Of a stretch of 64,000 nucleotides of DNA, positions 1 to 13,700 are shown one piece after another (the first letter of the stretch is position 1; every line of letters begins with the position of its first letter). This stretch comes from Lingula anatina (lineage: Eukaryota > Animalia > Brachiopoda). The stretch spans positions 32,922,001 to 32,986,000 of the forward strand of contig CM120642.1 of assembly GCA_051362555.1 (NCBI GenBank), read 5' to 3'. Both the position numbers and the translations under genes were made by a program. The notes under the pieces are model-generated. The model did not search any database, was not told the origin of the DNA, and worked only from the letters and a program-made list of their open reading frames with translations.

Positions 1-1
1 C

Positions 2-217
2 TCCATGGCTTGTCCTCTTGTCGTTGGTTCTCTGGCAGCATATCTAAGCAGCCTGCCAGCGTCCCAGAAACCCACGCCTGCAGAGCTGAAGGATTACCTT
101 TTCAAGAGAGCCACGCTTAATGAAATCAGAAACGCGGGAAAAGGTTCCCCTAACCGTTTGTTATACGTAAAATGTTCCAGCCTCCAGGAACCACAGACTT
201 GCAATTGTATGGCATAA
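2..217 (+). CDS. 3' end (partial) of a subtilisin-family S8 serine protease, proteinase K/aqualysin-like
   Basis: Frame reads S-MACPLVVG (TCC at 2-4 is the expected catalytic Ser of GTSMAxPxVxG) and ends ...ATLNEIRNAGKGSPNRLLY..., the typical proteinase K-family C-terminus. Stop TAA 215-217; AATAAA near 582. The 5' part lies outside the window. Confidence 0.8.
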   Translation, partial: SMACPLVVGSLAAYLSSLPASQKPTPAELKDYLFKRATLNEIRNAGKGSPNRLLYVKCSSLQEPQTCNCMA

Positions 218-647
218 CACAAAGTTAACCTTTGGTACTGTAAGCCAAATATCTCATATTAACACATTTCAAGGATGCACGTTTTAAATATTTTGAATGT
301 CTTTGTTACATGGGCCATGATTTCTAGAGTAATGCATAATTTGTTAATTATGATGTGTTTATGTAAGAGAAATCCATTATATTCACTAATGTGTGTTCAT
401 ATATACAGTAAAAATATCACATTTTTTGTGCAGTGCATTTTCACCACGGTAACTCGACATTCATAAATGACAACTCTCAATAACAATTGTTTATTTTTTA
501 CCGTGATTGTTCCGTGTGTTAATCAAACATATTTTACATATTTTCTCCCAGTCTTGCCAGGGTTGTGCATTGTAGAATCATAATAAAGGTGATTTTACGA
601 TAAAAATTCAAGTTAAACGTCGTTTACTTTGTTCTTAGGGACGCCCC

Positions 648-678
<31 letters not shown>

Positions 679-1024
679 AAAAAAAAGTTAGACCAAGTAG
701 GGTGTCCATACCGACAGCTCTTAATCGACGTCTCGGTTCCATAATGATGAAGGACATTAGTATTAAAACTAAAGAATGGGCCATGAATTTCTGAATTTTC
801 TCTCCAGAATATTATACTATATTAAATAATTTGACTGATAAGATGTTTTAAATGTCCAAGGTTCACTACAGAATCTCCGTGAACTTGAAATCTGATGCAT
901 TCTTGATTTTTTTTTCTTTGACTTAATTTATCACTGATGTATAAAGGCCTATAAATATGTAAATATCTCATCCCTTCTACATTTAAATGGATCTCTCTGC
1001 AGTGCACCACCCTGGTTGAAGTAA

Positions 1025-2809
1025 TTACTTGGCATCCACGTTGACAGTGTGGTCGTTCCTGGGATCCAGAAACTCTTTGCCAGCCATGTCAGTGAAATTA
1101 GTACACTCCCTTACAGCAGAGTTGGCCACCTTTAAGAAAAGTGAATTAGCTTTATCAAACTTAGTTCATCTACCGGTATGGTACTAAAATTATATGCTTT
1201 GTTTCAACAGATGTAAGCATTTTGCCTGTCCATCACTTGTCCATAATATGAAAAAATAGTGAACCAAGTAGCCACACGGCTATTCTAGTTTTAACTATAA
1301 AAGTAATTAAGACGGAAACCCATGTATACATGCAGTTTTTTTCTCCTCACCATGTCAAGAGGAAAGTATTCAGGGAGGAAGGTTTTAGTGACAGGGTTGT
1401 TCTTTTTGGTGTTGTAAGCGACCAACAGTGCCCAGCGCCTGTGGTCACTGTCATTCTTGTCACTGCGGTGAACGAGGTTGGAGTGGAAGAAAAGACAATC
1501 ACCTGAAAATGTGAGGATATGAACAACATAGCAAAACATGTTTAGATAAAGGTGAGTTACGATGACCTTTAAACGGCGAAACAAATCAAGCAATATATAT
1601 TCTCTTTGTCCTTTGTGTTAAAGTAAGCACCTACATGTATATACTAGATCATAACGTTCCATTGTCATTATAAATAGAGAAAATTAAGGTGCATCAATAG
1701 TATCGAATATACCCTCAATCAAAATTTTTCGTCATCTTTCCTTTCCTTTTTTCTATCTATTAAAAACTGCTCAAAATAAAACATATTTAAGAAGAATCGC
1801 CAAACTGTAATTCAGACACTCCTGCCAAACATTTCCATAAACAGGCCATTTATAATGGCAACATAAAACTAAAGGAAACTCGACAAGAAGATATGGCAAT
1901 GGACAAACCGAGCAGTCCTTACCAGGATTCAATTCCACATACACTAGTGGACAATGCTTCATCAGTTGTTCCACTCTTTCTACATTCGCCCCCGTCTGTC
2001 CACCTGTCAACACGTGGTCGATACGACCTGCCCTGTGAGAGCCTTGCAGGATCTGAAATCAACACGTGGTCAACACGTGATTAACATGTGATCAACACGA
2101 GTTTAATACGACCTGCCCTGTGGGAGCCTTGCAGGATCTGAAATCAACACGTGGTCAACACGTGATTAACATGTGATCAACACGAGTTTAATACGGCCTG
2201 TCCTGTCTGAGCCTTGCAGAATCAGAAATCAACAAGTGGTCAACACGTGATTAACAAGTGATCAACACGAGTTTAATACGGCCTGCCCTGTGAGAGCCTT
2301 GCAGGATCTGAAATCAACACGTGGTCAACACGCGGTAAACAAGAGGTCAATCTGACCTGACTCGTGGGAACTTTGCAACATCATAATTCAACAACTGTTG
2401 ACGTGACTTACTGTCACCACTATGGGTACCAAACGTACAACTACTCAAATGTCAGTGCTACTGGCTCATTCAACAGAGAATTATACGTTAATGATACATA
2501 ATTCCCTGGTTAAGGGTACTTAAGTATGTGGGTCACCTGAAGACAGCCGTTCTCTTTGTTTGTTTTGTCGTAGGCAATGAAGGCAGTGGACAAGTGGTCT
2601 GGAAACAAAACACCATCTTGGTACCAATAACTGAAACAATATTGATATGGATATATTAACACAACGTTTAATTTAATTCTTAATATTTTATCTCTTTTTC
2701 ACTTTGCTTATTTCCTTCTGTCTTTCCATACTGGTATCCATTTTGCGCAGAGACTGAATACAAAATCCTCAGGTTCCAACTAAGTGGACATAGCTCACGT
2801 ATAGGAGGT

Positions 2810-2867
<58 letters not shown>

Positions 2868-5567
2868 GAGCTATGTCTCTATATATATCTTGGTTTTTGC
2901 TATCAAAGTGATCAAATTACATTTTAGCACACGGAAACCTGCATCAGTACATAGCGGGATTCATTCTACCTATATGACTGCCATTGCCAATGTGGATGGT
3001 TAATCTATAATTCGACAACATACCCGAAGTCTTGGTGCCACAGAAACCTTCCTCCAGTTCTTGCTTCCTTCATCATCAACTTGGCATGCCAGTGGTACAC
3101 CTCTCCGTGACCCATCAGCTAGAACAGGGTTCATTTAATTATCTGGTTACATACGTACTCATATAGACCAAATGACATTATATATGATCCTTGTGTAGGA
3201 CACGGATGTTTCCAACAAGTAGAAAGTTTTAAGTTAAATGTTTTGGCAAGCCAGCTGTATTATAACTTTGATAATTTGTTTCTATTTAACATATATAATA
3301 TTTCAGTTATTTCTTTCTGTTTACTAACTTTTTAGAATAGTTTGCACCTCGGATTTCAGGAACTTCGAACATGTCTGCGAGGGACTATCACGTCCTATAC
3401 GTGACACTACCTGAACGTGCACGGGACAGTATCACGTGAGCGTTAATTTTAATACTCGCTTAATTAAGACTGATCCATCTCGATCATGAAGTGTAGGATA
3501 CGTGAGCTGTATTGATGGTAATACATGGATACATTAGTTTTAACGACTTACGTACAGTGTAAAATCAGGAAAACCACTTTAACACACATACACACGCGCG
3601 TTCGCGCATGCACGCACACACATTGTATGGTTACCATTTCAGCCGTCTTTGCTACTTTCTCTGATCTTGCTAAAAGACCTGTTACGTCATTTCCGGGTCT
3701 CATCCACAGAGCCATTTTACTCTTTCTGTCTATCCCATCACTAAGCTGCAATTCAAACGTGAACAGAATAGGTGAACATGTTTAAATTCTTCTCCTTAAG
3801 AGCCACACACTATTAATACCGACTGTAGTTTTAGATGATATATAGGGGTCCACAGTTCATTATAAATGAAGCTACATATGTTGGTCACATATTTAGAAAT
3901 GCAGTAGGTGAAAATTTCGTTTCGCGGTTTATTTCACCTCAGTCCAATTTTACATTTTAATGTCCTTGAAAGGTCACAACTTATTCAATGATTGCAAAAA
4001 GAGTGAGGAAGACGGAAAATCGAGTGAGAAAATATTAATTACATATTTCATTTATGACAAAATAGGCCTACCTCATATGCATGTTTTGTGATTCCATCAT
4101 TGTCCTCCAACGTTTTCTTCAAAAGACCCAGTTCCTCTTGGTCCAAAAGATTTCTGAGATAATATAAGTCAATTATTAACTCCACAAGTCTCTGCTATTG
4201 TCTATATTTACCCATAAAGGGGATACATACCCGTATACCTTAATGGATTTGTGAAATCAAGATACTAGGGTTACCACAAGAATACGGATTGTTTTCAGTC
4301 AGAATGTAAAACAGACAAATGATGTAAATGTATGATAATAATCTTAGTCTGAGTCCATTGTGAGGATGAAGTCGCACACAAGAAGGTCAGATTATTTGGG
4401 AGTCAAATAGAACGTGCACATATCAGTGCTAGCCGAATGCCGTGTTTAAAAACACACCGTACTGTGGGAACCACGTTTTATGTGTACACCTTACAGGCAA
4501 CGGCAACTTGGGTCACATAATAACGAGCTCCAGGGTACATGTGTATAATACCAGTGCATGGGAACGCCGCCTTGCCTTAAATGTTTTAATAAAAGCAATA
4601 ATGCGGTCTGGCGTAGTGACGTTAATATCAGTATATTTCCGATGTATGATAGTAATGAAGTGACAGCAATTTATTGCATTCTTCTACCGTCTTACCGAAT
4701 AATCACATATCCTAATCGGTCATAATCTTCTTTCATCTTTGAAGTGACTTCGAAATTGTCCGTGTATCTATATTCTTGTATAAAAAAGAACAATATACGT
4801 TTATAAGAGGTCGACGTTAAGGGTTATTATAACAGTACCTTGTTTTCGAGGCGTGCGTGCGTGTTTAGTGTGTTACTAAAGCTCCCTTTACACTGGACGG
4901 CGTCCTTTCTGCGTCCTTTGTGCGACCATGAAACTGGCATCGCTGTGGTCGTCGAAAGGAGGCACAGACATCGCTTTGGTTGCAGCATGAATGCTCAATC
5001 AGCGGCCAGTTGTCGGCACGTGAAGTATTATATTTTTACTCTCAAACGGGGCCGTACTATGGAACACAGATAGGACGCCGTCCAGCGTGAAGGGGGCTTA
5101 AACAAGAGCTTAAACTGTCCAGCAAACACAAAACGTTATAGTAACGTTATAATAACGTTCCTTGTTTGCTGAGTGACTCCCGATATGCTTAAAGACTTAC
5201 GATTACACAGACAAACATCACTTCATAACCAGACAGGTAGATAATGCCTCAAGTACAGATTTAAGACACAACATGTGTCGACTTGCCGGGTTGACCTATA
5301 TATAGATCCATGTAAATATATGTACTCGATATATATAACACATAGGAATAATTTAGTGAATATATCACCTATACCAGTCACAAGATACCCTAGCAACTCA
5401 ACACTGTCGATGCAAAGAAGAGGCAGACCATTTACACATTATGTAAAATTAACAACGAATGCCAATTTGCTACAAAGAAAGGGTGCTTTAGTTATAAAGT
5501 TAAAGGGTATATACAGTAAAGATAAAAAATCATAAAAGGTTGGTTCACTGTACGTACCTCCCTCCAT
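1025..5567 (-). CDS. PhyH-family Fe(II)/2-oxoglutarate dioxygenase (ectoine hydroxylase / free L-proline 4-hydroxylase-like), 9 coding exons, ~285 aa
   Basis: GT-AG exons 5558-5567, 4696-4774, 4072-4153, 3635-3745, 3024-3118, 2537-2630, 1923-2052, 1351-1502, 1025-1129 sum to 858 nt in frame. Motifs: [36 protein letters not shown] (HxD), [27 protein letters not shown] (distal His), RRWAL (2OG-binding Arg). The 10-nt first exon is the least certain part. Confidence 0.88.
2009..2382. repeat. 85-bp minisatellite spanning the acceptor and first codons of the PhyH exon 1923-2052
   Basis: Units at 2061-2145, 2146-2230, 2231-2315 plus a degenerate copy to ~2382. On the minus strand the first and third units read tttcag|ATCCTGCAAGGCTC.CACAGGGCAGG.CGTAT; the middle unit has lost the AG. 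Internal ~11-bp CACGTGTTGA sub-repeats. Confidence 0.95.
2813..2864. repeat. (TA)n microsatellite
   Basis: Direct read; lies in a PhyH intron. Confidence 0.95.
4880..5098. mobile_element. MITE, PIF/Harbinger (Tourist)-like
   Basis: ~37-bp imperfect TIRs (agctccctttacactggacggcgtcctttctgcgtcc / ggaacacagataggacgccgtccagcgtgaagggggct) flanked by TAA at 4877-4879 and 5099-5101. Confidence 0.8.
5119..5173. mobile_element. Tiny palindromic MITE remnant
   Basis: ccagcaaaca ... tgtttgctgag inverted ends around aacgtt sub-repeats. Confidence 0.4.
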
Positions 5568-6446
5568 CCTGACTGTCAAGCAGGTACAAGGGTATTTGGT
5601 TTGTCCTTGCTGTAAACTCTGATCACTGTACTGCAGATGTGAAGGTCTCGTCTGCTTTGGAATTGGGGTCAGGACTGTAGCCTTGATAGAGGGAAGGTAC
5701 GTATTACCTAACATTTAATTTTAGTGGGGCAGCTGTCAGTCTTTATCATCAGGATCCTCGTTGGCTCTCTCTCTTTCTCTCTCTCTCTCTCTCTTTTATT
5801 TTCTAACTATTACTATAATTTTCATTTATCTATTTATTCATTCATTCTTTCTTTCATTCACTTATTTATTTATTTATTCATTTTTGCTGTGTTCTTCTCT
5901 AGCAGGCTATCGTCTTTGTTCCCCTTCTCTTCCCTCCCTTCCCTACCCTGTCCGGCGCTCATATTCTTTTTTATTTCAAATTCTCCGCTTTGCTATCCTC
6001 CTGTATTAACTGCTCTAAGATAATATGGCCGTGAAATATAGAATATATAATATAACAAGAGCATATGAGAAAAATACATGCACCTGCATAATGCAATTGA
6101 CATGATATACAAGCAAGTAGACCTGCATACCGCTTGAATCGTGCGTGATATCTGGTATAAAGAGTTATTATCCCTTTACGTAAGTTTTGAAAAGAACCTA
6201 CAAATGTAAAGTTTGATTTTCAATGTTCCCATTGAATCATTGGAGTACCAGTTTCAAATAAAAGTAGTTAACGAGGGATGTGCGGAGAAGGTGTACTACA
6301 GTACGTCTGTCAAGTATTGAGAGACTTATGGTGGGCCAAACCCTTGGAAGAAAGGATAACGGAGGTTAAATGTCTAGATATCTGTATAGCAGCATAACCA
6401 GGGGTCGGTTTCATTAAAAGGCTGGCTATTTATAGCCCCAGAACTG

Positions 6447-6458
6447 GCCCCGGTTTCA

Positions 6459-6508
<50 letters not shown>

Positions 6509-6661
6509 TAGTCGGTTTCCCTTGCTAAGAACTTAATTACCAAGGTTACACGGTCACATGGGCACATCTTACCCTATCAGGAGGAGTGTAACATCACTCT
6601 CATAGACATCCTGGTCAACTAGGCCTGAGAACCGACTTAAGTTTTTTTGTGAAACTGGGGC
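6447..6661. mobile_element. MITE with CTG target duplication (Harbinger-like)
   Basis: TIRs gccccggtttcac(A)n-cttagtcggtt / aaccgacttaag(T)7gtgaaactggggc; CTG at 6444-6446 and 6662-6664. Confidence 0.75.
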
Positions 6662-7280
6662 CTGGCCAAAGGTAGTTCAAGGTTAATGTAGGTTCTTGGC
6701 TTTTCTATAGCAAGCGGAGAAGGTGTACTATATATACGCGTACATCTGTAAAATGGGCTTTTTATAACACTAGAAACAATTTCACAATATCAACTCTCCT
6801 AAATCTACGTTCAGAAGAGGAACTGCAGCCCACCCCCTGTCTGTCAAGAAACTCTTATGTTGTAAAATCTGGCTTCAAACTGTTGTCAACTGAAATGGTG
6901 GAAATGACTTAAGACTTCTCTCTCAAGACGAAAAAAGTTGGACAAGTAACTACGCAAAAAATTATGTTGAATAGTTTTGTTTTATTTTACGTTAGTTTGA
7001 AGTCTTTTATATCCTCAGCAGATGTGTGGTTTTCATCTGCTTCACAATGTAGCGTGATGATATAGCAGTTATCTAATATTTCACATTAAAGAATTTTTTA
7101 ATTGTTAACAAAGGTGGTAAGTATACTAGCTGATGTACGAAGCGGATGAAAACGGATATTCTATGTGCGCTGTTTTGTCAAATTTTCAAATCAATCAAAA
7201 TCTTCTTGAAATATATCCACAAAACACTTAAAAGCTCCAGCGTTTCCTATTTATATTATACATATCCGAGGTACAATATA

Positions 7281-7325
<45 letters not shown>
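7281..7325. repeat. Compound (GT)n(GA)n microsatellite
   Basis: Direct read. Confidence 0.95.
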
Positions 7326-7708
7326 TGAAAGGGAATTTTCATTTGTTTCCGGTTTCCTTTTTAAATTTACATAGATGTCCATAATACCCATATCAGTAGT
7401 GCACGGTGGTGGCATTTTAAGGTACATGTATTGAAGGTTGGAGTTACGCGACCTTCTTTACTGGACAATCACACGAGGAACCAACGGCCAACAATCTTGA
7501 CAAATGCAGTGAGAAAGCCTTTGGACATAGTTTCGATGATTTTGGATTTAATTTCCTGGTTGGACTTATTGACATTGTAAAAATTAACCGAATGCATGTC
7601 CAGTTTATGATTTATGTAGATCATATATTCTAAAATAAATTGTTCACTTTTAAAATGAAACAAAATGATCAGGTAACGTATGTGCCGGGGCTTTTATCTA
7701 ACTTCAGT

Positions 7709-10700
7709 TCACTCATTTTGGTGTAAGTCTTTGACGGAATGGATCACTTCTCTTGCCTGCAAATAAAAAAGAATATTTATATTTAAAATTAAGAAAAATC
7801 GTTTTTTAATCTTTTTATTCCTCTTGTGTGTGTTTCGCTTAGATTACACAAGATGAATAGTTGTCCAGCTTTTTTGACGTGAAGGTGAATAAATTTGACG
7901 AAAAGATGTGCGTTTCTGTGTAGCTACTTTTGGATATTTTTTTAATTAAAATTAAAATCGTAAAAATATCATACCTTTCCAACATGTCGAAAAAATAAAA
8001 AATGGTTTTCCAAAAAGATAAAATACTTACCCAATGAAAGAATCTTGCTGCTCCAGCACTTTGGTCTCTCACTTCATCTAAAGTTCCGACATAATTATTC
8101 AATATATCCTCACTTTCCTCTGCTTGTGAGATTGATACCTTGTTGATGTCGAGTTTTGTTGCCCTAAACAGTGTGCTTTGCTGACCCGTCCTTCTTAGCA
8201 ACGCCTGTACAAACGCCCAATCCTGAAGACAAAATACATATCTTAGTAACAGTTGATATTGCACAAGTTTGATGTGATTAATCAATGAACGTGGACATGT
8301 ACAGTGTACCAACATTCCTTTTCCAAAATGACCACTCCAACGTACATGTATCAACACAAAAAGCAATTTTACAAATATGTATTTTCCGAAAAGCAGCAAT
8401 AAGTTAGTGGATTTGCGATACATTGGGTGGCTAAAATCCAAAGTTCTATACCATCAACAATGTTTAATATAATGCAGTAAAAATTTAGATACACAGTATA
8501 AGGAAAGTGTTTTAAATAAATGCTGAAGATTTCATGACTCTACCTTTTTAATTTTGACACACTGACAGGAATTGAAATCTTAAGTAAAAAAATGCCATGC
8601 CGGCCCGAAATTATAATCAATTTACAATAACTACACATATTCCACATAAACATGTATGAAAACCATTTTGTTTGCAATAGCTAGTGGATGCCCTGAGTGT
8701 AAGGCCATGGCAAGGGACGGCTCTTTAATAGTTTGCCCTTACCCTTAATTCCTCAATGTCTTCCCCAAGAAGCACATACGCGGCCGCCATGGTGTAGTGA
8801 ATAGCAATCGGTGGTTCTCTGTACGTGTGTAACTCGGTAATGAGGCGGTAGTTCATATCCAGCATTTTGTGGCGCAATTTTTTCCTTTTTTGTCCAACGA
8901 GGGCTTCTGCTTCTTCGATGTCCGGTCGAAGTCGATTTTGTAGGTGTTCAGGAAAATCGGCAACATCTTGCAGTAACTGTCTCAGGTGGTTCTGATCTCT
9001 CGCCTTGATAGCGTCCCGAAATTCTACAAATATACAAGTAATTGAATTTTCCTCAGATTTGCAGGTAAATCTCCCACTGTAGTCTCTTTCAAAGGTAGGA
9101 TTCGTAGAAATCATCAGATAATGACTGCGCCTTTCATGGAGCTAAGCGTTGAATGTTATAGTTATCATACCAAAATTAATACAATTTTAAAGATAATAAG
9201 ATATCCATGAATAGTTCAAATGAATATCCTGTATAATTTCCTGGGTATTTTAAAACATATGCAAACAGTTGTAACATACATGTAAAAATGTTGTTTATTT
9301 TATATTTTGGTGGCAAATATGATTGGAATCTGAATCAGTCTGAGTTGTTTGTCAGTCTATCTCTACTTCAGACCGTCCGTCTGTCAGTCGACCCATCTGC
9401 TGTCACCGTCGGCCTTTCTGTCGATTTGTGCGTCAGTCGACCTATCTGCTGTCGATGTCGGTTTTTTCTGTCGGTTTTTGTCCGTCCTTCGATCTACCTG
9501 ATGTCCTACGTCGGTCTCTATAACCAAATATCTCTCTGCTGTCTGTTAAACTGTTTTGGTGCTGTCTCTCTGAATACATGGTGAAACGGCGGGAACGTTT
9601 ACATACCTTTGTGATACTGAGAATATTTAAGTTCCTCTTTTGCGGACTCAATTAATCCGTTATCTGGAACGTTATTCTCCTCTGCTTCGTTGATGGCCTC
9701 TTTCAACATTTTCCTTTTGAGTCCAGGTTTCTTCTCATGGATGGCCCTCTCCAACTTTCTATAAATATCCTTATATTCGCCATATTTGATATCTGAATTA
9801 GAATTATATAAAGGCAGTAGTTTTAGTTACCCTGTATATGGACCAATTTTGACCTTACAAATAGACATCACCGTATGACAATAATTTAGAAGATCTGAAG
9901 ACAGACAAGCACAAATATTTAGGCAGCTATATAGAATAACTTTACTAACAAGAGAGGAAGAAGACTAAATATACCATCAATTTGTTCTGAAACATCTTCC
10001 AACTTTTCTTCTATCCCAGTCGGTCGGAAGAGCTGATGCTCTTCGGAGATGAAATCTAACGTGGTGGGGACCTCTCTGTCCAGCGACGCCCCATACGACA
10101 CCAGATTACCCCATTTATCGGCAGACGATTGAACGGTTTCATCTTGCTTCAGCATCAACAGACAGTGTTGGATGTACCAAAGTACGGGCTCGTTGTATTG
10201 GTCGATTTTATGTGTCCCTGTTCTGCTTATATACTGTGCAATCATGGTTCTTATATCGCCTATTGTTTGCAACACGTTTTCTAGCGCTTCTTTAGAATCG
10301 GCATACCGCAGGGATGCTATGAATTTCGCTGCTTGTAGAATAGCCGTCTTTGCCTGAAGTCGTGTTTCTTGCTGGGTGAATGTTACCAGGGCCGCTTCTT
10401 TGGACTGCTCCACGCTGTGTGGAAGTTCTTTATACGGTACTAGTATTCTCTCCTGGACTAGGCCGAATTCACTTTGATAAGAAACGTTGATCTCGAGGAC
10501 GTCTTTATTTGGTAAAGTTTTTGAATGGTCTTCCGGTAGGAGAAGGGTATAAAGCACGTGCTTGGATAGTTCTGCAGATATGGTGTGGATAAAGTGTTCT
10601 GAGATGTAATCATCTTGACGTGTGGTGAGACTCGGGGATTCTGCCAACTGGGGCATCTCTGTTCTGTCAAACACTACACCATTCAAAGCTTGAGCGACGA

Positions 10701-13700
10701 CTTTCACGTGTCTGGCCACCGCAGTCTGCTGAAGCAGGACCGTCTTCATCATGTTGAGCTCCAGTAGGGTGTTTTCATCCATGAAATAAAATGTCTCACT
10801 GCTGAAAGCTTGTCCTAGCTCGTACATCAGCGTGGGCATGAATCCGCCGGTGCTGAACGCAGCAATCTGGATGGTGTAGTCTTCCCCCAGACCGGATTCC
10901 TTTCCCATGGCGCTGAACCGATCTCTCAGCTCTGGGATCAGTTGCTGCGATGTTGTTATCCCGCAGTTGGCCCCTCCGTCCGTGAATAGCACGATTTTGT
11001 CATCAAAACTGAATTTAAACAACTTAGAATATATCATCCATTCATATATCATTCATTTTCCCTATTTTTCCTATTTATAAATTGCCTCATTTATGAAAAT
11101 CACCTTTTTTTTCAAATGAGGTATTTATTTAAATATATATACAAAACTTGTTTAATTTAAATATTGGTTCTTTCCGTCGAGATGTATGCAATATGATAGT
11201 CATTAATGCTTTCCTAGTTGGCCTGTTTTTATACTATATTATTCATTATACTATATTACTATTTTATACTTTCTTATACTATATTATTGAAATATATAAT
11301 ATCTGGGCTGTGCAATTGAAGTAAAGAGGGTAGATCTTAATTCTTACCATTTCAAAGGCAGTTTCCTGTACTGTTCTATTGCTTCAAAAAGACCCGCGCT
11401 GAGGTTTGTCGAACCCATCAGTTGAATGCTTCGTATAGTTTCCTTAACATTTTCCTAAACACAGAAGAAAACAGAGATGAAAATTACATTAAATTTATTA
11501 ACTGCCAATGTTATCTTTTCAGTAATATTATATTTTTTAAGAAATCAAAGTTATTTATAAATTACTTTTGTATATATTCATATATTTTACCTTGACTTCA
11601 CTGGCCATTCGCGTAAACCCTAACGTCAGATGGGATTCATTGCCAAATACCACGACACCTAAGTAATCCACTTCGTCCATGTAATCTACCAGAACTTGGG
11701 CGAAAGTTTTCATTTTCTCCAGCTTGCTTATGTTTTCCTTGCCGTAGTTTCCATGCATGCTTCCACTGGCGTCGATAACACACATGATTCGCATTGGCGG
11801 CCGACTTGTACTAAGCAAAGCATCCTGAATGCGTGTTTTTGCCTTTAATTCTAGCTGGACTCTAGTCTGAAAATAAAAGTCACATTTACAATTACAACAT
11901 AAATCAAATATTACTTTTTTCATGATATGTGATTTTTTGTATTATTAAAATAGCAACACAACATGCATTATGTATTATCATAATCTGGAGAATATAAAGT
12001 CACATAAAAATACCCGCTGAGATGAAACACTCAGATGACATCACAATCAGAACTACATATAAGCTGACTATTTGATGGATGTGAATTTATGTAATATATA
12101 TATAATACTTTCGAGCGTCTTAACCATAAGCCATTCTACGAATTCTAATTGACATTCGACATTTGAGTGATCGTTTTTCTTTTAACATACCTTGTCATGT
12201 ACACAGGTGCAATGATGTGATATAAGCAGTGGCTTTTTGACTTTATCGACGGCTTCTCTGATTATCCTCACACTGGCAACATGCACCAATATATTACAAT
12301 CCCCCTGCTTTGCAAACAGATTCAGTTCATATTTGCCACATTCTGGCAGAGTTGCCTTCAGAATATAGTTGCCGTCTGGTTTCTTTTCCACCACTAAGTT
12401 ATTCCGCATATCTCTTTTCTTCTTGTCGGTACTTTTGTTATCATTTGTGAGCATACAAAATGTGTATTCTAATGGTACATCACCGCTGGCTTCACTGGTT
12501 TGAACCCAAATGTCAGCGATTTCGTCTAAAGTTTTGATTTTGCCAGACTTGGGGTACAGCAAATGAACACCCACTTTTTCCGAATGTCTGGTTGGACCCA
12601 GACCCCTTTCAAGATGAAAAGGGAAAATAGACGCCTGCTCATCGGTTGAATCCTTGTCGTTCCCTGCGCTTTCGATGTGATACTCAAATGTCTTTATCCA
12701 TTCTCCATGGTTCTCGGCATCTATTTCAAGGATGTATTCACCACTCTGCGGCAACCTCAACTGAACTCTGTCTTCTTTTCCTTCTGACGTTGTCTTCATA
12801 TAACTCTGAAGAATGTCACTGTCAATTATGGAGCCTTCTTCGGTGTTACTTTTCTCCATTCTCAGGCGACATCTAAGATTTGCTCCATGCTCGTTCTTGA
12901 ATCGTAAAGTTAAGTTACCGTCTGATGTTTTGATATATTTCCACTGATGGCCCTGTGAAATAGGATCAACACCTATGGAACTGGCTTCCTCCAACTTAGC
13001 CATATGTTTCGAGACATTCTTAAAAGGGGTGGCCTGCAGGGTTTCGTCGTTGCACCTTAATAGGTAGTTGCATACGTTCGTCTGAGTCGACTGATCTTTG
13101 TTTCCTTGTTGTGCAAAAAGTTCCAAGGCATATTCACCTTTCTCGGGAACACGGACGGTATACACATCTTCATCTGCTTCCTTTTTGTGTTCAACAAAGT
13201 CTTGCAGAACTGCAGAATGAACCTGGTTTGACACTAAACGTGGTTGCGCCATTTGAACACCTGTCTCTGGTTTAGTTTTAAACCGGATTTCTATCTCGCC
13301 TGTATCTGCATCAACAACCCCCCTCTTGTGTGTTTCTGCTGAGATACCAAGGTCGTTGGCGTGGAACCCGGGTCCAAAGTACCCATTCTGTGGTTTCAGT
13401 GGGTATGGCTGGTTATCAACGACGTTTTCTTTGGGCACTGGTTCAGGACATAGGATTCTGTAAAAGGCAGTCCACGCGAAAAATCGGTATACCCCAATCT
13501 GTGACGCGGAAATTTCAAGTTTGAAATCACCGGCCGCAGTAAATCTCATGGGAATCACATATTGGTCGGTGTCTTGGCGTATTTCTGGTGCCACAAATCT
13601 ATCCAAGGTCCCTGTGCCTCCGTTACAGCTGAATAGTTCGTAATTAAATACTATGCTCTTGCTTTTGTCTTTTGGGATTGAAATCACCGCCTCTGCCTTT

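Noticed and set aside
644-686. Poly(C)-poly(A) run as a G-quadruplex or retrocopy tail
   Set aside because: Long homopolymers are scattered throughout the window; no TSD or retrocopy body is visible.
1025-5567. Functional link between the proline-hydroxylase-like gene and the collagen-like genes
   Set aside because: PhyH-type proline hydroxylases act on free amino acid, collagen prolyl hydroxylases are a different family, and the genes are 43 kb apart with unrelated genes between them.
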